Shown here: positions 18,653-27,334 of the stretch, piece after piece
Layout: every line of letters begins with the position of its first letter
How positions within the stretch are numbered: the first letter of the stretch is position 1
Virus record (IMG/VR): IMGVR_UViG_2639762835_000002
Length of the DNA stretch: 64,000 bases
Source of the DNA: a virus
Taxonomy: Duplodnaviria > Caudoviricetes
Reading direction: 5' to 3' (one strand)
The notes under the pieces: generated by a model
The model's input: the letters and a program-made list of their open reading frames with translations, nothing else
Told to the model about the DNA's origin: nothing
The model's database searches: none
Position numbers and translations under genes: made by a program

Positions 18653-18758
18653 GGTGCTCCTGTGTTTGTTTATCCGCTGGTTGGGCGGTGGTCGGGCCGT
18701 CTGGTATGCCGCTGGCATTCGTCAGGCCCGAGCCGCCCAGGGTGCGGGGTTCGCTCGG

Positions 18759-19442
18759 TTAGCTGCCGCCGCCTTTGGCGTCGGGCTGCTGTTCTTTTTT
18801 CAGTTCACGCTCGAGGACTTCGAGCTCTTTCTTGATGCCGACCTTGTCGTGCAGTTCGATGGCGCGGCGGTAGTGCTCGGCGGCTTGCGGCTTGAGCCCT
18901 TCGGCCAGCGCGGCGCGGCCCACGGCCTTGTGCAGCTTGGCGCGCACCTGGTCGAAGATGTCGCAGCCGTGCAGCAGGGCCATGTATTGGCCCAGCAACG
19001 ACAGGGAGGGGCCGGTGCCGGCCTCTTGCTGCTTGATGGAGGTGTCGGCCACCTCTTCGGCAATCATGGTGGCGGCGGTGCGCTCGTAGCGGTCCGGGGT
19101 ACTCAGGCCGTGACGGATCACGTAGTCGGCCATGGGGAATGCCCCTTCGAGATCGCCGGTATCGAGGTGCCAGAGCATGACGGTCACCAGGACGTCATCT
19201 TGTCCGCCCCGATCGGCGGCCAGCAGGCCATCAATCCAGGGTTTGTAGACGGCCAGCATGGGGCGCTTGGCGTCGATCTTGCGTTCGATGCTTTGGATGC
19301 CCTTGAGAGTGCGGCGGTGTTCGGCCAGCTGCATCAGCTGCAGCTCGTAGGCGTTGGCGCGTTGTTGGTCGAACTGAGGATTGGCCGCCCCTTGCAGGGC
19401 GGCCAGTTTGCGTTCGCGGTTGCGACGGGCAGGTGATGTCAT
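18759..19442 (-). CDS. gpM: Terminase small/endonuclease subunit M
   Basis: MTSPARR, LKGIQS, QDDVL..MLW..D.G, VRAKLHKA, VGIKK. Confidence 0.9.
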   Translation of the reverse strand: MTSPARRNRERKLAALQGAANPQFDQQRANAYELQLMQLAEHRRTLKGIQSIERKIDAKRPMLAVYKPWIDGLLAADRGGQDDVLVTVMLWHLDTGDLEGAFPMADYVIRHGLSTPDRYERTAATMIAEEVADTSIKQQEAGTGPSLSLLGQYMALLHGCDIFDQVRAKLHKAVGRAALAEGLKPQAAEHYRRAIELHDKVGIKKELEVLERELKKEQQPDAKGGGS

Positions 19443-19451
19443 GTCGCCCCC

Positions 19452-20504
19452 TTAACCGCCAGCGGCCGGTTTCGGCCCGATGACGATGTTTTCAATCAGG
19501 GCGACGCAGTCGTAATCCTCTACCACGTAGGCATCGTTGGAGCTTTCGTAGTTGACGATGCGGTCGCGCTTGGGCTCTTCCTCGATATGGCGGCGGCGGG
19601 CGCCTTCCTGCCAGTAGATGGACAGATTTTCCAGCGTGGTGATGAGCATGGCGTCATCCGGGAAGAAGGGGACGCGCACGGCTTTGAGGCCGCCGATCTG
19701 CTTCTGGCTCACCAGCACCTGACCGGCCAGCTTGTCCTGGTTGTTGTCGGCGTTGTTGATGATGGGGAAGTATTTATCGGCCAGCAGTTTGCGACCGCAG
19801 ATGACCACCAGATCGGTGTCATCCTGATACCAGGGGGCGATAGACTCGTTGACGGCATCGAACACCAGGGCGTCGAGGTTGTGATAGTCGCCTTCTTTGG
19901 TGTCTGCGTCATTTTTCGGCTGATAGATGTAAATCTTGCCCGAGCCTTCGGCCCCTTCATCCATCACTTTGGCCGGCGCGTCCAGGCGGATGTGTTCCAG
20001 CCAGCCGATGTTGACGTCCTGCAGCATTGGGTGGGTGGTGCGGTTGGTGTCGGGCGCCGCGCTGGTGCCGTGCCAGCCGATCATGATGCGGTCGAGCCCT
20101 TGCCGCTTGAGGATGGCGTCGCGAATGCGGGTCTGGAAGTCAGGGAACTTGGCCCAGATATCCAGCTTGTTGTAACCCAGACTGGTGTCGTAGTTGGTTT
20201 TTGCACACTCGTAGTCATGCGGATAGAGGGCGCTCGGGTCATTGGGCTCGCGGTCTTTGTCGCTGGTATTGGTGCGGCCAGCGATAGTGCTGCCGATACC
20301 GATACCCACCTTTTGCCCCTTCATCTCCGGTACCGGGATGACGTTGATCATTTGCAGGAATTCGACCGACTCCTGCATCTTGGTTTCCAGGGTCTGCTGG
20401 ACGCTCGGCTGCACGTTGAACTGCACCATGGCGCTGGTGATGGCGTTGAGTTTGGCCAGTTGGCCGGTGAACGCGTTGAACTTCTGGCGGGTTTCGTTAC
20501 GCAT
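19452..20504 (-). CDS. gpN: Major capsid protein N
   Basis: MRNETRQKF, LDRIMIGW.G, LQDVNIGW, NYESSNDAYVVED. Confidence 0.95.
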   Translation of the reverse strand: MRNETRQKFNAFTGQLAKLNAITSAMVQFNVQPSVQQTLETKMQESVEFLQMINVIPVPEMKGQKVGIGIGSTIAGRTNTSDKDREPNDPSALYPHDYECAKTNYDTSLGYNKLDIWAKFPDFQTRIRDAILKRQGLDRIMIGWHGTSAAPDTNRTTHPMLQDVNIGWLEHIRLDAPAKVMDEGAEGSGKIYIYQPKNDADTKEGDYHNLDALVFDAVNESIAPWYQDDTDLVVICGRKLLADKYFPIINNADNNQDKLAGQVLVSQKQIGGLKAVRVPFFPDDAMLITTLENLSIYWQEGARRRHIEEEPKRDRIVNYESSNDAYVVEDYDCVALIENIVIGPKPAAGG

Positions 20505-20515
20505 GGATGGGGTCC

Positions 20516-21337
20516 TTAGCAGTCGGTTTCGATGGTGGTGCCTTGGGCGCCGGTGGCGGGCTGGCGCTTGTGGCTGAAATCTTCCTGGCCTTCCAGCTGG
20601 GCGGTGAGGTCAGCCAGCGCTTTGGCGGTGGACTCCTGCTGGCTGGTCAGTTCGGTGATGGTGGTGGCCTGTGCGGTTAACTTCTTCTGCAGGTCTGCGT
20701 CGATGGTGGTCACTTCTTTGGCCACGGCTTCGACGGCCTGATGCACGTCGCTGAAGTCAGCGCCGGATTGCTTCTTGTGGGTGGAAAACATCGCGGTGAC
20801 CCGTTCCATAATGCTGGGGCCTTTGTCGGCTTCGTCTTCAAACTCGATGACGGTTTCCAGCGCCTCGGTGAACAGGCACTCCTTGTACTGTTTGCGCTCG
20901 GCCAGCGGGTTGGCCGATGCCTTGCTGCAGAACTGGAGCATTTCGGTACCGAGACTGGCCGGGCTGTCGGTGACGGCCAGCCCCATCAGGTAGGCGCCTT
21001 TCTCGTTCAGGTTCGGGTGGATTTCGACAGAGGTGAACACCTTCTGACGCTTCTTGTTCAGTTCGACCAGTTCAGGGGTCGGGTCGATCTGTACGAACAG
21101 GGCCAGGCGCTTTTCACCTTCCATGTCGACCTCTTCGGTCTTGGCGGCGGTAATGTCGCCGTACATCTTGAACTGACCGGTCGGGTCATAGCCCCGGATG
21201 TGTTCCATATTGACCCGGGCGCCATAGGTGGACTGGTTGTAGCGCTTGGCCATCTGTTCAATCCATTCGCGGGTGATGGTGCGGCCATCGGTCGTGCCCC
21301 CTTCGACGGCAACACGGAAAAATTTGGACTTAGCCAT
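20516..21337 (-). CDS. gpO: Capsid scaffolding protein/protease O
   Basis: FRVAVEG.T.DGR, YL.GLAVTDSPASLGTE. Confidence 0.93.
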   Translation of the reverse strand: MAKSKFFRVAVEGGTTDGRTITREWIEQMAKRYNQSTYGARVNMEHIRGYDPTGQFKMYGDITAAKTEEVDMEGEKRLALFVQIDPTPELVELNKKRQKVFTSVEIHPNLNEKGAYLMGLAVTDSPASLGTEMLQFCSKASANPLAERKQYKECLFTEALETVIEFEDEADKGPSIMERVTAMFSTHKKQSGADFSDVHQAVEAVAKEVTTIDADLQKKLTAQATTITELTSQQESTAKALADLTAQLEGQEDFSHKRQPATGAQGTTIETDC

Positions 21338-21414
21338 GAGCTGGGATCCCTTTGGTGATTGGGTGGTGATGTCGCGGTTATGGTCTGGGTGACAGGCGGG
21401 ATCGTGCAATCAGG

Positions 21415-21445
21415 CGCCATTGTGTAATGGCGTTACACAATGGCG
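21415..21445. promoter_or_regulatory. Late activator site between the divergent O and P promoters
   Basis: CGCCATTGTGTAA-TGGCG-TTACACAATGGCG. Confidence 0.8.
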
Positions 21446-21486
21446 GCTGGGCGTTTGGTGTTGCCTGAGCTGGGTAGACTGGCGCC

Positions 21487-23256
21487 ATGACTACAGCACC
21501 GTTACTTTTCCCCCATATCGAACCCAGACGGCAGGCCATGCACCTGTTCTTCCAGGGCTACCCGCTCCGCGCCATTGCTGAATTGCTGCAAACGCCGGAG
21601 GGGACAGTCTCGACCTGGAAGAAGCGCGACGGCTGGGATGACATCAAACCCATTGACCGGGTCGACTTCGCCATCGAGGCGCGGATGTGCCAGCTGATCG
21701 CCAAGGAGGTGAAGAGCGGCGGCGACTTCAAGGAGATTGACCTGCTTGGCCGTCAGTTGGAGCGGATCGCCCGGGTCAACAAGTACAGCAACGGCGGTAA
21801 TGAAACCGACCTGAATCCCAAGGTGGCGAACCGCAACAAGGGGCCGAAGAAGGCGCCCGAGCGCAATGTGGTCGAGCCCGATCAGCAGGAACGGTTAATC
21901 GAGCGGTTCGAGTCGACCATGTTTGGCTATCAACGCACCTGGTACGAAGCGGGCAAGCACCACCGGATCCGCGACCTGCTCAAATCGCGCCAGATTGGGG
22001 CGACCTACTTCTTTGCCTTCGAGGCGTTCATCGACGCCCTGGTCACCGGGCGCAATCAGATTTTCATGTCAGCCAGCAAGGCGCAGGCCCATGTGTTCAA
22101 GCAGTACATCATCCAGTTTGCCAAGGATGAGGGGGTTGAGCTCAAGGGCGACCCCATGGTGCTGCCGAACGGGGCTCATATGTATTTCCTCGGCACCAAC
22201 GCCCGCACCGCCCAGAGCTACCACGGCAATACCTACATGGACGAATATTTCTGGATCCATGGCTTTCTGGAGTTCCGCAAGGTCGCGTCTGGCATGGCGA
22301 TGCATAAGAAGTGGCGTCAGACCTATATCTCCACGCCCTCCAGCCTCACCCATCCCGCCTATGCGTTCTGGTCCGGCGCCAACTTCAACCGGGGCAAGCC
22401 CAAGGCCGACCGGGTCGAGATAGACCTGAGCCACGCCAATCTGTCTGGCGGCAAGCTTTGCGCCGATGGCCAATGGCGGCAGATCGTCACTGTCGAGGAT
22501 GCGGTGCTCGGCGGCTGCGACCTGTTCGACCTGGATCAGCTGCGCGGCGAGTACTCCGAGGAGGAATACCGCAACCTGCTGATGTGCGAGTTCATGGATG
22601 ACACATCCAGCGTGTTCCCGCTCGCCACCCTGCAGCGCTGCATGGTCGACAGTTGGGAGTTGTGGGACGACTACAAGCCCTTTGCCCTGCGCCCGCTGGG
22701 TAACCGGTCTGTGTGGATCGGCTATGACCCGGCCAAGGGTGGGCAGGGCGATAGCGCAGGCTGCGCCGTGCTGGCCCCGCCTGCGGTGCCGGGCGGCAAG
22801 TTCCGGGTGCTGGAGCGCCACCGCTGGAGCGGGATGGACTTCGACGCTCAGGCGCGGGCCATCAAGGCCATGTGCGAGCGCTACAACGTGGGGTACATCG
22901 GCATCGACACCACCGGGATCGGGGAGGGTGTTTACCAGTTGGTGAAGCAGTTTTACCCGGCAGTGACAGCCATCCAGTACAGCCCGAGCGTGAAAATCCA
23001 GATGGTGATGAAGGCCCAGGATGTGATGAACAAGGGGCGGCTGGAATTTGACAGCGGGATGACCGATCTGGCGGCCGCCTTTATGAGCATCCGCCGCGCC
23101 GTGACCGCGGGCGGCAAGATGCCCACCTTCGAGGCCAGCCGGTCAGAGGAGACCAGCCACGCCGACATTGCCTGGGCCACGATGCAGGCCCTGTTACATG
23201 AGCCGCTGGCAGGTGCCACCGGTGCCAATACCAGCATGATGGAGATTTTCGCATGA
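21487..23256 (+). CDS. gpP: Terminase ATPase subunit P
   Basis: KSRQIGAT (Walker A), YMDE (Walker B), STPSS, GYDP, HADIAWA. Confidence 0.95.
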   Translation: MTTAPLLFPHIEPRRQAMHLFFQGYPLRAIAELLQTPEGTVSTWKKRDGWDDIKPIDRVDFAIEARMCQLIAKEVKSGGDFKEIDLLGRQLERIARVNKYSNGGNETDLNPKVANRNKGPKKAPERNVVEPDQQERLIERFESTMFGYQRTWYEAGKHHRIRDLLKSRQIGATYFFAFEAFIDALVTGRNQIFMSASKAQAHVFKQYIIQFAKDEGVELKGDPMVLPNGAHMYFLGTNARTAQSYHGNTYMDEYFWIHGFLEFRKVASGMAMHKKWRQTYISTPSSLTHPAYAFWSGANFNRGKPKADRVEIDLSHANLSGGKLCADGQWRQIVTVEDAVLGGCDLFDLDQLRGEYSEEEYRNLLMCEFMDDTSSVFPLATLQRCMVDSWELWDDYKPFALRPLGNRSVWIGYDPAKGGQGDSAGCAVLAPPAVPGGKFRVLERHRWSGMDFDAQARAIKAMCERYNVGYIGIDTTGIGEGVYQLVKQFYPAVTAIQYSPSVKIQMVMKAQDVMNKGRLEFDSGMTDLAAAFMSIRRAVTAGGKMPTFEASRSEETSHADIAWATMQALLHEPLAGATGANTSMMEIFA

Positions 23257-24296
23257 GAAAGCGCCGCCCGCAGCGCCATACCTCGCCGATGACGGCGACC
23301 CAGAAACCCGGCGAGGCCATCGAGGCGTTCAGCTTTGGCGAGCCGGTGCCCGTCTTATCGCAACGGGAAGTGTTCGACTACCTGGAGGCCATGCATAACG
23401 GCCGCTGGTACGAGCCGCCGCTCTCCCTCAATGGGCTGTCCCGGGTCTATCGGGCCGGGGTGCATCATGCCTCGGCCATCCAGGTGAAGCGCAACATCCT
23501 GCGCTCCTGCTTCATCCCGCACCCGAAACTGAATCTGGCCGCCTTCACCGGCTTGGTGCTGGACTACCTCATCTTCGGCAACGGCTACCTGCAGGGGGTG
23601 CAGAACCGGCTTGGCGGCGTGTTGCGCTATGACCACCTGCGTGCCAAGTACACCCGGCGCGCGCTGGATCTGAACCAGTATTGGTGGATTGCCCAACCCG
23701 GCCAGGAGCAGGCGCTGTCCGCAGGCCGGGTGGGCCATGTGATGGAGGCCGACATCAACCAGGAGATCTATGGCATCCCCGACTATGTGGGCGGGCTCAA
23801 CTCCACCCTGCTCAACGAGTCGGCCACCCTGTTCCGCCGCCGCTACTACGAGAACGGCAGCCACGCGGGCTTCATCATGCACATCACCGATGCGGTGCAG
23901 AACGAGGGGGACATCGCCAAGCTCAAAGAAGCCCTGCGCCAGAGCAAGGGTCCCGGCAACTTCCGCAACCTCTTGCTCTACACCCCGGGCGGCAGCAAGG
24001 ACGGGGTCAAGCTGATCCCGGTGGCCGAGGTGGCCGCCAAGGATGACTTCCTCAGCATCAAGAACGTGAGCCGGGATGACCAGCTCGCCAGCCACCGGGT
24101 ACCGCCCCAGTTGATGGGAGTCATGCCCAACAGCACCGGCGGCTTTGGCGATGTGACCAAGGCCGCCCAGGTGTTCGACATCAACGAGATAGACAGCATC
24201 AAGGCCAGCCTGCTGGCGCTCAATGACTGGGCGGGGGAGGAGATCATCAGGTTCAATCCCTACCGACTGTCAGATCTGACAGGGCAAGCGGCATAG
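23253..24296 (+). CDS. gpQ: Portal protein Q
   Basis: WYEPP, LFRRRYYENGSHAGFI, KGPGNFRNL. Confidence 0.95.
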   Translation: MRKRRPQRHTSPMTATQKPGEAIEAFSFGEPVPVLSQREVFDYLEAMHNGRWYEPPLSLNGLSRVYRAGVHHASAIQVKRNILRSCFIPHPKLNLAAFTGLVLDYLIFGNGYLQGVQNRLGGVLRYDHLRAKYTRRALDLNQYWWIAQPGQEQALSAGRVGHVMEADINQEIYGIPDYVGGLNSTLLNESATLFRRRYYENGSHAGFIMHITDAVQNEGDIAKLKEALRQSKGPGNFRNLLLYTPGGSKDGVKLIPVAEVAAKDDFLSIKNVSRDDQLASHRVPPQLMGVMPNSTGGFGDVTKAAQVFDINEIDSIKASLLALNDWAGEEIIRFNPYRLSDLTGQAA

Positions 24297-24352
24297 GCGA
24301 GGCTAGAGTTACACCGAGCGCCTGGAGTTTGTGTGCGCCTTATGGCTTAAGA

Positions 24353-24385
24353 AAAGCCCCCTCATTGAGGGGGCTTTGTTTTGTC
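24353..24385 (+). terminator. Intrinsic terminator after Q
   Basis: AAAGCCCCCTCA-T-TGAGGGGGCTTT followed by T-rich sequence. Confidence 0.8.
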
Positions 24386-24519
24386 TCTCATCTGACGGTC
24401 TGAGCACTTCGCTACTGCATCGCCCCGCTTACTGTGCCCGACATATCCCCTGATCCTCGAGCATCGTCCCAGAGCGGCAGGCGCCGCCTGCCGACCCCTG
24501 CCAGCACCGCTGGCGCGCA

Positions 24520-24538
24520 ATCGGGACCCCGCCTCGCC
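24520..24538 (-). other. cos site of prophage 1 (19-nt cohesive end)
   Basis: Minus strand GGCGAGGCGGGGTCCCGAT then TGCGCGC; P2 cos is GGCGAGGCGGGGAAAGCAC; lies after Q as in P2. Confidence 0.8.
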
Positions 24539-24947
24539 TGCGCGCTTTATGTGTCGATTTCCATGCGGGTGAACGATGGGGGGAGGGCAACGCCTCCCCG
24601 CGCCAGCGCTGGCCGCGCGGGGGATAACGAATCCTTTTTGCGATCCTTCACTTTCCGCCAGATCCTTTCAGGCTCGAAGAGGTACGTCACCTAGTATAGG
24701 AGTAGAGACAACCATCATTTTGTGTGCGTTATTTGAACTATCCATCATAAACATAAAAGTCAGCACAATAGAACAGTTTTACTCACGAGAGTAATCTGCA
24801 TTTTGATAACATGCTCGTATGTATCCTGATTGTCTGAAGGTAAAGTGGGTGTATCTGATTAAAGAGGCCGCAGAATGTGAGATTGCTGTTTTCTGAATGA
24901 TGATTTTTTTGTAATGACGAAATATATGAAATAGGTTTATTCAATGA

Positions 24948-26042
24948 ATGAGGGTGATAAATAAAGTTATGAATGAGGAATTTATTAAAAGAGCTTCTTA
25001 TATGTCAATTTGCTCTAAGGAACAAATTGACCGTATATGTTCTATAAGCTCTGCGGATGATTATCTACTAAAGCTACGAGCTGATACTGTTCTTGATCAC
25101 ATGAGGATATTTCGAGTCGTTAGAAGTCACATGTTTAAGGCTGGTGACGAATGGGATTTTGAAAAGCATTTCTCCGATGAGCCGTTTAAAAATTATATAG
25201 TGGATTTACCTGATGATGACCTGACCATAGCTGAGTCGTTAACAGCAGGGCTTGTATTTTGTGATCGTCCTAATGGTCGGATTATAAAAACTGAATTTGG
25301 TAATGTCATTACTGTTTCAGAATCATTGAGGTATTTCTTGTACTTCATGAACTTAGGTTTTCTTGATTTTGATGAAACGGAAGTGCCAATAGAAGTTAAA
25401 CTTGCAGCCATTAAAATTGCTGTACGTACGATGCTACAATCTGAGGCTCTTGATTTTGATATAGATCCAAGAGGGGAGGTTCCTAGGGATGTTCATGAAT
25501 TAGCAATGTATCATACCGATAGGCAGTTAGAATTTATTTGTGGACATGAGTATTCACATCATTTACTTGGTCACTTAGATGATAAAAAATTAATTGATGG
25601 TGCGTTTTTATCGGCGATTGATTCTGGTGTTGTGACACATAAATTTTTCTCATATGCACAACAAGAAGAATTGGATGCCGACTTAGATGCACTCTCTCGG
25701 CCAGTTTTAACTACTTCAGCGCGAACCGATTTGGTGAACCGAGCTTTATTTTTTTTCGTATACTTAGATGTTTTTAATAATGCAAAAGAACAGATAGTTC
25801 CGTCAGTAGGCGTGAAAGAACACCCAGACCCTATGGATCGGTTTAACAACATTCACAATTATTATAAGGATAAGCTAGAGCTTGATGAAGAAAATCTTGA
25901 AGTTCTATTGAAAACTGCACGAGCTATAAAGGAAACTATGTCAGAGGATATCGCATTACATTTTGAATCTTATGAGATTTATGGCTCGATATATTTAGCT
26001 GAGTGGAGAGGTCGGGTGCTTGTTGATAGGGTTGATTACTGA
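24948..26042 (+). CDS. AT-rich HEXXH metallopeptidase-like protein (M48/Lit-U49-like)
   Basis: EFICGHEYSHHLLGH..QEELDAD..HPDPMDR; low GC; next to cos. Confidence 0.6.
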   Translation: MRVINKVMNEEFIKRASYMSICSKEQIDRICSISSADDYLLKLRADTVLDHMRIFRVVRSHMFKAGDEWDFEKHFSDEPFKNYIVDLPDDDLTIAESLTAGLVFCDRPNGRIIKTEFGNVITVSESLRYFLYFMNLGFLDFDETEVPIEVKLAAIKIAVRTMLQSEALDFDIDPRGEVPRDVHELAMYHTDRQLEFICGHEYSHHLLGHLDDKKLIDGAFLSAIDSGVVTHKFFSYAQQEELDADLDALSRPVLTTSARTDLVNRALFFFVYLDVFNNAKEQIVPSVGVKEHPDPMDRFNNIHNYYKDKLELDEENLEVLLKTARAIKETMSEDIALHFESYEIYGSIYLAEWRGRVLVDRVDY

Positions 26043-26231
26043 AAAACTGTTTAACTTATAACTCTCAGTATACAGTATTCATCTTAATATCTACTATGGT
26101 TGACTATTAATGGAGGGGAGATTATCCCCTTCATCTTTTATTAGCGTTACTACGAAATTATTGATGTCATGCATGGCATGAAAAACTTGGCACTCATCAC
26201 TTCTGTGAATCGTGGTAAAAACCCGGTCACA

Positions 26232-26864
26232 TTACCAACTTTTTGCTGCAGGCAGGCGGTGCAGGTGGGGGATCAGCCTGTTCCAGTCGCGGTCGCTGTG
26301 GGTGGCGCTCTGAATATGGCGGGTCTTGTCGGCCAGGATGCGCTGGGCGGCGGCCAGGGTCATAGGGTATTCGTGGAGGATGGAGTAGTAGGTGCCGGCT
26401 TCGCGGTGCTCGGCCACCTCGAGCAGAGGATAGATGCGGCGGGCGGCGCCCATCATGTAATCGGCTGCGCGCCAGAGCCACGCCAGCGAATGCAGCTCGT
26501 CGTCGGTCAGTACAGTGAGGGGCTGCGGATGGGCGGCGGTCTCCCGGTCCAGCACATCGAGCACCCAGCGGCGAAACTCTTTGGCCAATGCGGTGCGGGA
26601 GAACATGGCGATCAGATGGGCACCGCGCAAGGAGAAGATCCGAACCTCTTTCTCGCTGCTGCCATTGCCGAACCCCTTGACCGTCAAATTGACGGTCAAG
26701 GTCATGCAAGGGGTAAATTCGTCCGCGTTGCGGGTGTAGATACGACTGACGGCATCTTCTCTGGCATAGCCAAGGGCTTGGGCGATCTGGGCTGCGGTCA
26801 GCCAGGGCTGGCCGTGATGGGGGATAACGGTGAACTGGGTGTCATGGAAGCGGATGCTGTTCAT
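26232..26864 (-). CDS. Antirepressor-like protein 2: BRO-N domain + P22AR-like C-terminal domain
   Basis: WLTAAQIAQALGY, YTRNADEF, RIFSLRGAHLIAMFSRT..AKEFRRWVLDVLD; C-terminus clearly homologous to 12512-13159. Confidence 0.85.
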   Translation of the reverse strand: MNSIRFHDTQFTVIPHHGQPWLTAAQIAQALGYAREDAVSRIYTRNADEFTPCMTLTVNLTVKGFGNGSSEKEVRIFSLRGAHLIAMFSRTALAKEFRRWVLDVLDRETAAHPQPLTVLTDDELHSLAWLWRAADYMMGAARRIYPLLEVAEHREAGTYYSILHEYPMTLAAAQRILADKTRHIQSATHSDRDWNRLIPHLHRLPAAKSW

Positions 26865-27100
26865 GGCTTGGATTCCTTTGCTGTGAAGGTAATCGCCACC
26901 ATCGACGCCAATCATCTGGTGACGAACTGAGCAAGGTTGGCGTACCGGCAGCAAAGACCCGGCGCCCCGAAGGGCCCCTGCCCAGCCCGCCATAACTGAG
27001 ATTGCGGGTACAACTGGGCCGCACAAAAAAACACGCAGGCGCGTGTTGTGCGCTTCACTGAGCGGGACGCCAATCCCGGCAACGGATTTTGCCGTTGCCC
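26865..27100 (-). ncRNA. C4-type antisense RNA with a1/b1 and a2/b2 targets (copy 2)
   Basis: Same scaffold as 13160-13400 but boxes are GATTGGCGT / ACGCCAA and CAGCAAAG / CTTTGCTG. Confidence 0.8.
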
Positions 27101-27334
27101 GCGCAGTATCGCGCAACAGCGCGACACCAATCAACCCCAATAGTCCCCGATGCTCCCTTTTTGTCCCTTTCCGGCCCTCTGCGGCCTGCATCAGCGCTTA
27201 TCAGGGAAAATCGGCACCACCACCCCGCCCAGCAGCACAACACCGCCGGCAGGGTACCGGTTCATCACAAGGAAGGGGACGTTAGTTTCGGCAGGAAACA
27301 TACACAGGGCGCCATCGGCGCCCTTGGTCATTGG

